Shown: in pieces, positions 57,703 to 64,000 of the stretch
Layout of the letters: each line of letters starts with the position of its first letter
Numbering within the stretch: the first letter of the stretch is position 1
DNA from: a virus
Strand: one strand, 5' to 3'
Virus record (IMG/VR): IMGVR_UViG_3300010371_000029
Coordinates: 32,001-96,000 of that record
Length of the DNA stretch: 64,000 nucleotides
The notes under the pieces: model-generated
What the model was told of the DNA's origin: nothing
What the model saw: the letters and a program-made list of their open reading frames with translations, nothing else
Databases searched by the model: none
Made by a program: the position numbers and the translations under genes

Positions 57703-58748
57703 TTAAATAAACTCAACAACTTTCCATAAATTATATCGGTTTCATCCGGGTTTTCTTTAAGATAAATGCGGAACTTTTCTTCGCCCTGAAACTTCTGCTC
57801 AACGCCAGCGGCGTCTTTGTGTTTGAACCATGCCCCACTTAATTCCACCACCCCATATTCTTTGGCACACCCTATAATCTCACTAATCGTATCCACACCT
57901 TCACCGTACCGAATTATCATTTCGGGCTTTTGGAAAGGAGGGCCTAGGGAACAACAGTGAACTTCCCAATGAACCCTTTGACCTATAGGGGCTTCCCCCT
58001 CTTTTTTAGAGATTTTTTCCATATAGGTGGCTTCAAGCTTAGTATCGGCTTGGTAAGCTATGGCAAAGCCTCCCTTCTCTGTTCTAGTTTTCCCCTTACC
58101 TGATGGATTTCCCATCATTTGGGTAATAGCTACTACGAAATTTTTATTTACCGGGAGTATCTGGGCAACTTCCTGGCAAAATTTGCTTAAGAGCGAATTA
58201 ACCTCGGCTCGTCGTCCAGCTTCCCCAAAGTCAGACTTTTCCCCAGTTGACCTAGGTGTGAGCATGGGTATGGAATCTATAATTAATACGCAACCGTGGT
58301 CATTCTTTAAAAAATCCAATCCCATCCCTAAGTAATCTTCGGCATAATAAATTACTGGTTCGCCATTAGGAAATTCTTCAGTGGGGGGGAGCTTGTGGGA
58401 ACGAATTAAGTGAAATTTATCAAAATCAAATCCCGCCCAATCTAAATTCTTCTTAGAAATTCTTCCTTCCACGTCAATGTAATAAATGGTCCGCCCACCA
58501 TATTCGGGCTTTTGGCAATTTGCGGCGAACTTTAGCGCTAAGGTACTTTTGCCCATCTTGGGCATACCGGTTAAAGTAATCCAAGAGCCTTCTTGCGCGC
58601 CTCCATATATTGATATATCAATAGCTGGAGTCATAGGTACAATCATAGGGGGCGATTCCATCACCTTGCGAGGGTCAGTAAAAACGCCGGTCCCATATTT
58701 TTTTAGGATTGACTTATGAGCTTCTTCAGAAAGGGATTTCTGTATCAT
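57699..58748 (-). CDS. recA: RecA/UvsX-like recombinase
   Basis: 'GMPKMGKST', 'YIDVEG', 'IIDSI', 'ITQ', 'GGFAI.Y', 'GAWF'; exact start uncertain. Confidence 0.9.
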   Translation of the reverse strand: MIQKSLSEEAHKSILKKYGTGVFTDPRKVMESPPMIVPMTPAIDISIYGGAQEGSWITLTGMPKMGKSTLALKFAANCQKPEYGGRTIYYIDVEGRISKKNLDWAGFDFDKFHLIRSHKLPPTEEFPNGEPVIYYAEDYLGMGLDFLKNDHGCVLIIDSIPMLTPRSTGEKSDFGEAGRRAEVNSLLSKFCQEVAQILPVNKNFVVAITQMMGNPSGKGKTRTEKGGFAIAYQADTKLEATYMEKISKKEGEAPIGQRVHWEVHCCSLGPPFQKPEMIIRYGEGVDTISEIIGCAKEYGVVELSGAWFKHKDAAGVEQKFQGEEKFRIYLKENPDETDIIYGKLLSLFK

Positions 58749-58986
58749 CTGGAACCGATTTGTTATATAATCTTTTTGGTAATTCAAAATAAGGTCCAAA
58801 TATTTCAGAACTAAAATCTTCTAAACAAAAAAATCTATGTGAACCATCAATAGTTAATAAAACAGTGAAATCTTCAATATTTATATCTTCCACAGTATAA
58901 ATATACTCTTGTCTATAAATAGAATCACCAATTTGGACAGGAAAATCAAGTTTGGGCGGTCTAGTAATTTTTAACAATTCTTTCAT
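58726..58986 (-). CDS. small protein, LL[KR][IL]TR-tag family
   Basis: Starts MKELLKITRP. Confidence 0.75.
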   Translation of the reverse strand: MKELLKITRPPKLDFPVQIGDSIYRQEYIYTVEDINIEDFTVLLTIDGSHRFFCLEDFSSEIFGPYFELPKRLYNKSVPDDTEIPF

Positions 58987-59384
58987 AAATCTAAAGACTT
59001 TTTCCCAAAAGTTGGTCTAGGTGGTTCTACCTGAGGTAAGGAAATTTCTGTAGTTTCAATATTATTTTCTTTACATATTAAATACTTACGTAGTTGTGGA
59101 TTTTTAAGAGAAAACAATTTAACTCGGGCGGTTATACATGATTTAATCCCATTAATTAGGGTCGAAGACTCATATTTTTTTAATAGACGGTCGGCCAAAG
59201 TTTTCTGATAAACAAAAGTTTTAGTCCATTTGGGGCTCTGCCAAAATTTGGTGGGCAACCTTTCATTCCTATGGGCGGCCACACATTCACATACTAATTC
59301 GGCCGCATATTGGGAGGGGGTTACAAAGGTGTCGGGAGAATAACGGGACTTGTATTTAGAAAGTTCAGAACGTTCATTTGCCAT
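58983..59384 (-). CDS. hypothetical protein
   Basis: 133-aa ORF, coupled. Confidence 0.6.
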   Translation of the reverse strand: MANERSELSKYKSRYSPDTFVTPSQYAAELVCECVAAHRNERLPTKFWQSPKWTKTFVYQKTLADRLLKKYESSTLINGIKSCITARVKLFSLKNPQLRKYLICKENNIETTEISLPQVEPPRPTFGKKSLDL

Positions 59385-59593
59385 TAGTTCAACTCAGCTT
59401 CATCTTTTAGTTCATTTTCTCTAAATTTAAGTATTAAATGTCCAATTTCAATTAATAATTCTAAGGGAGCAATTTCAGCCATTGCTTCAATAAATGAACG
59501 TAAGAAAACTTCTCCAAATCTATCCCTATTTTTAGCGTCTTCCAAATATTTTTTAAAATCATTAAGATTTCTTAGAGATTCATAATCTGACAA
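59384..59593 (-). CDS. hypothetical protein
   Basis: 69-aa ORF, coupled. Confidence 0.5.
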   Translation of the reverse strand: MSDYESLRNLNDFKKYLEDAKNRDRFGEVFLRSFIEAMAEIAPLELLIEIGHLILKFRENELKDEAELN

Positions 59594-59990
59594 TTAAGTT
59601 TTCCTTACATTCTTCCATAGACCTTTTAGTGGTCTCTACCACTATTAATTCAGGGACCCGATAAAACTCAATGGAGATTTCATTTCCTTCTAAAGTACCG
59701 ACCCCCCATCTGTGGACCGTATTTATCGGACTAGCTAAGATAGAGTAGGTGAACCAATAGCCCGCTGACGCGGGCAAATTTATAATATGGGACCTAAATT
59801 GGAGTTTAAAAGATTCAATATATAGAGTGTTTAGTTCACAATATTCTTTTAATCTTACCCAAGAATTCCTAGGATTAATACCTGGGATATTATCATTTCT
59901 AAAAACTACCTGTCCATTAGATAGTCTAGCCACCCATCGCAAATCTTCTAAATATGGATTTTTGGCATCTGTACAAATTAATTTACACAT
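59580..59990 (-). CDS. hypothetical protein
   Basis: 136-aa ORF. Confidence 0.6.
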   Translation of the reverse strand: MCKLICTDAKNPYLEDLRWVARLSNGQVVFRNDNIPGINPRNSWVRLKEYCELNTLYIESFKLQFRSHIINLPASAGYWFTYSILASPINTVHRWGVGTLEGNEISIEFYRVPELIVVETTKRSMEECKENLIVRL

Positions 59991-60292
59991 TTAGTGGTGC
60001 AATTCTTAATCCTATCTGTGGGTTCGCCCTGATTTACATGAAGAACCTTACGAGCATCATCAATTTCGGCCGATTTAGCCTCAGTCATTACAACATACCC
60101 TTTACCAGTTTCGGGCTTGGGTTGCTCCGAAACTTTAGGAAGGGTGTCATAAAACGCCCGCACTTGCTTTTGGCTTCGGCTTAATTGGTCCGCCACAGCC
60201 GGAAGCATTCGTTCCAAAGCGTTCCCGTTCAAGTGTGCCAATTCGTTCTGAATCACTTCCTTTTCTTTCTTACTTAATTGTCCGCGCTTCAT
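59978..60292 (-). CDS. hypothetical protein (possible HTH)
   Basis: 'G.LSK.EK..I...VADQLSRS..QV'. Confidence 0.5.
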   Translation of the reverse strand: MKRGQLSKKEKEVIQNELAHLNGNALERMLPAVADQLSRSQKQVRAFYDTLPKVSEQPKPETGKGYVVMTEAKSAEIDDARKVLHVNQGEPTDRIKNCTTKCVN

Positions 60293-60639
60293 TACATTCT
60301 CCTATTTGCTTGGTTATAATAGGCAACATTACCAGTTTTAATAAACGACATATAAAGGTCGAACGTATCCTTATCAACCTTCACATACTCATAATAGCCT
60401 CGCCGACTCGAAACATCAACCGCATTTAAACCTTTGTCATTAACTCCGTTTGGATTGTATAAATTTCCCTTCTGGGAACCCATCGTACTTGCTTTAATAA
60501 AATAATTAGATAGATTACTATATTTTTCTACCTTGCAAAGGGCTTTATCGTCCTTAGATGCTACCACCTGTCCGCCCCAAACGTATTCGAGGATAGTCGT
60601 TGTTTCTTTTAAATCTCCCACCCCAAACGTCTCATTCAT
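60292..60639 (-). CDS. hypothetical protein
   Basis: ATG at 60639 overlaps the upstream stop. Confidence 0.55.
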   Translation of the reverse strand: MNETFGVGDLKETTTILEYVWGGQVVASKDDKALCKVEKYSNLSNYFIKASTMGSQKGNLYNPNGVNDKGLNAVDVSSRRGYYEYVKVDKDTFDLYMSFIKTGNVAYYNQANRRM

Positions 60640-60937
60640 ATATCTTTTCTCCCTTAACTGCCGTAACTTGTATTCTATTCTCAGTAGAGTCAATACTATC
60701 AATAGCCGTAAAGGCCGTGCAACCTAGATGGAACGTCCCCTTAATTATTTTCTCGAAAGAACTATCACCACAGTATGGGCAATTACATTTTGCTATAGTC
60801 TCAACCTTATTTTGCGGGCCAGTTATGAAGAAATCTACAAGTGGACAGCCGCAATTTGAACATTCTAGTATTACGTGCCCCCCATCAGAAATATTTGGGT
60901 TGGGGTCGCGGATACGCTCGTCAGAAGAAAGTTTCAT
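60632..60937 (-). CDS. zinc-ribbon protein
   Basis: 'CSNCG...CPYCG'. Confidence 0.6.
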   Translation of the reverse strand: MKLSSDERIRDPNPNISDGGHVILECSNCGCPLVDFFITGPQNKVETIAKCNCPYCGDSSFEKIIKGTFHLGCTAFTAIDSIDSTENRIQVTAVKGEKIYE

Positions 60938-61215
60938 ATAATATCGCCTTTAAAGACTTCTGGATAAAGTTTATATAACGGTAAACCGTCTTTTTGTAAG
61001 CCAAAATAACAAATATATATACTAATTCTATCACTAACACCTTTTATATTATCATATATTAATGCATCTAATACCTTATTGGTTCTTCTAATATATATAG
61101 CAGAATCTACATAATAATCTATATGAGAATAAGCTTCTAGGAAAACTTGTGTTCCTATTTGAAGAGGTAATCCTAAAAATTTATCTGGACGAGTTATTTT
61201 TAATAACTGTTTCAT
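60934..61215 (-). CDS. small protein, LL[KR][IL]TR-tag family
   Basis: Starts MKQLLKITRP. Confidence 0.75.
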   Translation of the reverse strand: MKQLLKITRPDKFLGLPLQIGTQVFLEAYSHIDYYVDSAIYIRRTNKVLDALIYDNIKGVSDRISIYICYFGLQKDGLPLYKLYPEVFKGDII

Positions 61216-61442
61216 TTTAAATCCTGGCGGGCTCGCCGGCCATCCTTAGGGCCACCAGTCTTCTTTTTAAGGGCATCTAGGGCTTCTCCCGCTAACAACC
61301 GGGCCGACTCTAAACTAAATGTTTCTATGTGAAACTGCTGCATCGGAATAGATTCGACCGAATCCCCATACTCCCCCCCCGGCAGCCCCTTGAATATTTG
61401 GGCGTGAACTTGAATTATAACAAGATGTTTTACGTCTGCCAT
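61212..61442 (-). CDS. hypothetical protein
   Basis: AAGGAG RBS; 76 aa. Confidence 0.55.
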   Translation of the reverse strand: MADVKHLVIIQVHAQIFKGLPGGEYGDSVESIPMQQFHIETFSLESARLLAGEALDALKKKTGGPKDGRRARQDLK

Positions 61443-61458
61443 GTTCTATATTATCTCC

Positions 61459-61737
61459 TTATCCTTTATTTCTTCGTGGGCAGCCGTAAACCAATAAAGC
61501 ACGTATAGCTATAGCCGACACTTTTCTTAATACGTCTCTAGCCTGTAAATCGGAAGGATTATCAGTCCAAGCTTCTTGAGCCCTTCGTGTATAAACCCCC
61601 AAAGTGACTAATTGTCCTTCAACCCCATAATCTTCCTTATCAGCCCGGCCAATTTCAGATAACTTGGAAATATAATCAAGTTCTTCATCAATCGCTGATA
61701 TAACTTCTGGAGTAAGTTTTAGCTCTACATTTTTCAT
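61459..61737 (-). CDS. hypothetical protein (all-alpha NTP pyrophosphatase-like)
   Basis: 'AIDEE..Y...LRKVSAIAIRAL..YG.P.R'. Confidence 0.45.
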   Translation of the reverse strand: MKNVELKLTPEVISAIDEELDYISKLSEIGRADKEDYGVEGQLVTLGVYTRRAQEAWTDNPSDLQARDVLRKVSAIAIRALLVYGCPRRNKG

Positions 61738-62135
61738 ACTATTTTTCCTTCATGGACATATTTTTGTTTCTGCTCCGGGCTCATTCCAGCTATTTTCTTT
61801 AAACGTTTAATCTTTTCTTTACCTAGAGGAGCCTCCTTTTTTAGCCGCCGCATACCGGGCGGCAATTTACTTGACGACTTTTTAATTCGTTTTTCCGCAT
61901 CCTGTCTAATCTTCTCCTCTAAACCATATCGACCCAATTTTTTAGTGTTCTCCTCTGCTAATTTACCCACTGTGGTAGGATTTCCATTAATAATGATGCC
62001 CACCCCCGAGTAAACCCGGAATAAAGTATTTTTACCACAACCGGGGCATTTTTTGAGGGGTTTATAATCCGCAATAGACGAAACTTGTTCCAATTGGTGC
62101 TTACACGCACCACATTCATATTCATATCGAGGAAT
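61734..62135 (-). CDS. FmdB-family zinc-ribbon protein with ATT start
   Basis: (M)PRYEYECGACKH...CPGCG...; TAAGGAG 8 nt upstream of ATT; in-frame TGA two codons upstream. Confidence 0.8.
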   Translation of the reverse strand: MPRYEYECGACKHQLEQVSSIADYKPLKKCPGCGKNTLFRVYSGVGIIINGNPTTVGKLAEENTKKLGRYGLEEKIRQDAEKRIKKSSSKLPPGMRRLKKEAPLGKEKIKRLKKIAGMSPEQKQKYVHEGKIV

Positions 62136-62147
62136 ATATCACACTCC

Positions 62148-62591
62148 TTAAAGAGGCCCACTCCAGGGACCCTGTGGATAATTTCTTATTAATTCGTAAC
62201 GATTTTCTATAAAAACTTCATTTCGGTTCAAAACCTGGCATCTTATACCATTTCGTCTTAGCCACATAGTTAAGTCTAATCTGCCAAAAATTCTAAAACT
62301 ACGGCCCTGATGCCTTGTGGCTAATTTAAGTAAGGCCCACTTCTTAAATATATGGTGGTAATCGCGCAAACGCGAACCACAGTATGTTTGAAGATAATAA
62401 CTATCCTGACTTCCTCTTACAACTTGAACAAAGTTCAAATAACGTTGTCTTATTCTGAAAGAGTTAGTATCAGGGTCATCCTGTAAGGTAAATAGATAAT
62501 CGCCCACATGAATATTAGTTTGGGGATATCTATAGAAATTTGGAAAATCAAGTTCAATGGGTGGTCTAGTAATCCTAAGCAAAGCTTGCAA
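62148..62591 (-). CDS. protein of the LL[KR][IL]TR-tag family (147 aa, TTG start)
   Basis: Starts MQALLRITRPP. Confidence 0.72.
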   Translation of the reverse strand: MQALLRITRPPIELDFPNFYRYPQTNIHVGDYLFTLQDDPDTNSFRIRQRYLNFVQVVRGSQDSYYLQTYCGSRLRDYHHIFKKWALLKLATRHQGRSFRIFGRLDLTMWLRRNGIRCQVLNRNEVFIENRYELIRNYPQGPWSGPL

Positions 62592-63498
62592 TTCGGTTTC
62601 TCCAATATGAAAGAGTGGTCCTAGTTAAATCCCAACGCTGGGAGCGTATATATTCTAATTGTTCCTTTAGAAAGTCAAACGTAATATTGAATAGGTTCGC
62701 TACCCGAACCATAGGTAGGTCCTGAAAGGACCGGGTGACTAGATTGTCTTCCACTATAGGTATAACACCGCGATAAAGGCACTCGGCCGTCCTGTAGCAG
62801 TCGATTCCGTTACCGTTTGGACATAAACAGAAAATATGAGAATCTAATTCTTTAAGATATTCTTCAAAAGGTAGATTTGATTCCGGCCTACAAGTAACCC
62901 AAGTGTGCCGCGCGGCCATATAGAACTTTTTCAGTTGTACACGGGGCACTGTATAATTTTGGTGATTTATATAGAGCCAGGAATCACGTTCTTGTTTTGG
63001 AAAGTTAAGTAGCGTAGCCGCTGTATTTTCAGCTATTCCGAAAGGAATCGTTTCAATCTTAGGGTGTTCCACTAAGGAATTAACCATGAACCACTTTTTA
63101 ACACTTCCGGGGATTTCGGGAAAAGTAGCGAAGGTCCATGACCAACATTTAAGAGAATATCTATCGTTTATATCACAACGTTCTCTATAGCAACGGGCGT
63201 GCTGGTGAAAATCATCATATCCTAGACCACGATAATCCAACATTCCTAACCAACGTTGCATATCCGCCCAAACAGGCTGTTCTTGCTGATAAGCCAACCC
63301 TATATCAGAACTCGCGGACACAATTGTATATTTATTGGGCGGTTCACTCTTTATTAATTCAAAAAACGGTTTAATATGTTCTGCTGGTACGTAACATAAC
63401 GTCTCTTTAGGAAATGGGTTACCAGTTTCCCACATGAGCGGACACAATTTTCTATAAGAGCTACATTCGATTATATCAGCGACGCTTAATTTATCCAT
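62575..63498 (-). CDS. exostosin-like (GT47-type) glycosyltransferase domain protein
   Basis: 'IPFGI', 'FCLCPNGNGIDCYRTAECLYRGVIPIV'. Confidence 0.7.
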   Translation of the reverse strand: MDKLSVADIIECSSYRKLCPLMWETGNPFPKETLCYVPAEHIKPFFELIKSEPPNKYTIVSASSDIGLAYQQEQPVWADMQRWLGMLDYRGLGYDDFHQHARCYRERCDINDRYSLKCWSWTFATFPEIPGSVKKWFMVNSLVEHPKIETIPFGIAENTAATLLNFPKQERDSWLYINHQNYTVPRVQLKKFYMAARHTWVTCRPESNLPFEEYLKELDSHIFCLCPNGNGIDCYRTAECLYRGVIPIVEDNLVTRSFQDLPMVRVANLFNITFDFLKEQLEYIRSQRWDLTRTTLSYWRNRIASFA

Positions 63499-63569
63499 AT
63501 TGTTCCGTTTGGTCCAGGACCTATGTAAATATCAAACTTATCTTTCCTAATGTTAACAACTTTAGTCAT
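63486..63569 (-). pseudogene. 27-aa relic resembling the N-terminus of DUF4326 proteins
   Basis: MTKVVNIRKDKFDIYIG... then early stop. Confidence 0.35.
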
Positions 63570-63786
63570 TTCTGTCTTCAATTAAATTTTCTCTAATAAT
63601 ATCACAATGTAACACACCCAATTCATCAAAATAATTTACCCAATAAGCCCCACTACAACCACTAGTTTCATATCCAATTACCGCTTTTCGCCCCATTATA
63701 GAAACCTTTTGTCCTGATTTAAATTTTGATGGTGTATTATCACAACCAAAAATAAAACAACATACTAATAAGATAAAAATTTTCAT
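63562..63786 (-). CDS. putative lipoprotein
   Basis: MK + hydrophobic stretch + 'IFGC' lipobox-like. Confidence 0.55.
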   Translation of the reverse strand: MKIFILLVCCFIFGCDNTPSKFKSGQKVSIMGRKAVIGYETSGCSGAYWVNYFDELGVLHCDIIRENLIEDRND

Positions 63787-63998
63787 CTATTATCTCCGCT
63801 TCCTTTTAAGACTCCCCTAGCCTTGCGGCTTTCCAATTTTTCAATATTTATTTGAATTATCTCTTCCAGTGTATATCCCAATTCAAAAGCTAGCATAGCC
63901 AAATACCAAGTTACATCGGACAACTCAGCAGCTATAGCTTTTTTGTAATCATCTGTTAAAATATTATTATGGTCACGAATCAATTTCTTAAACTTTTC
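63783..63998 (-). CDS. MazG-like nucleotide pyrophosphohydrolase (3' part, truncated by window)
   Basis: 'EKFKKLIRD...ELSDVTWY...NIEKLESRKARG.L.GSGDNR'. Confidence 0.85.
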   Translation of the reverse strand, partial: EKFKKLIRDHNNILTDDYKKAIAAELSDVTWYLAMLAFELGYTLEEIIQINIEKLESRKARGVLKGSGDNR

Positions 63999-64000
63999 CA

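Noticed and set aside
27123-60941. Plus-strand ORFs in the minus-strand arm (e.g. 37209-37679, 35810-36133, 60600-60941)
   Set aside because: Antisense to well-supported genes, no motifs.
27178-62591. Tag-family starts as a DNA repeat or recombination site (integron-like cassettes)
   Set aside because: The nucleotide sequence varies at synonymous positions and no shared flanking inverted repeat or attC-like site was seen; conservation is at amino-acid level.
1-64000. Alternative genetic code, tRNAs, host assignment
   Set aside because: Long ORFs are intact in the standard code; no tRNA cloverleaf recognised by eye; nothing in the window identifies the host.

Overview
A 64 kb piece of a large tailed dsDNA bacteriophage genome (standard genetic code, AT-rich, densely coding; no rRNA, tRNA or CRISPR array seen). 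The + strand arm (1-24208) is a late virion module: head-tail connector candidates, a homing endonuclease, a putative major tail protein, chaperone candidates, a 2483-aa tape measure protein, baseplate/tail-tip candidates, a FixL-like PAS protein and a holin-like gene. The - strand arm (24198-64000) holds a large glycosyltransferase cluster, a sigma-70-type factor, SSB, a DnaE-type polymerase split into two genes, a DEDDh exonuclease, three DNA adenine methyltransferases, primase, DnaB, RecA, a Cas4-like nuclease, a dNMP kinase, Nudix, macrodomain, CAP and MazG proteins, two inteins and two HNH-like homing endonucleases. The most striking unexplained signal is a dispersed family of 10 small genes (9 intact, 1 frameshifted and absent from the ORF track). 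All begin with the same 9-residue N-terminal tag, M-x-x-[LM]-L-[KR]-[IL]-T-R(-P), written with varied synonymous codons and followed by divergent bodies, which suggests a shared targeting or docking signal. All functional calls come from motif recognition by eye; no database searches were run, and the host cannot be determined from this window.
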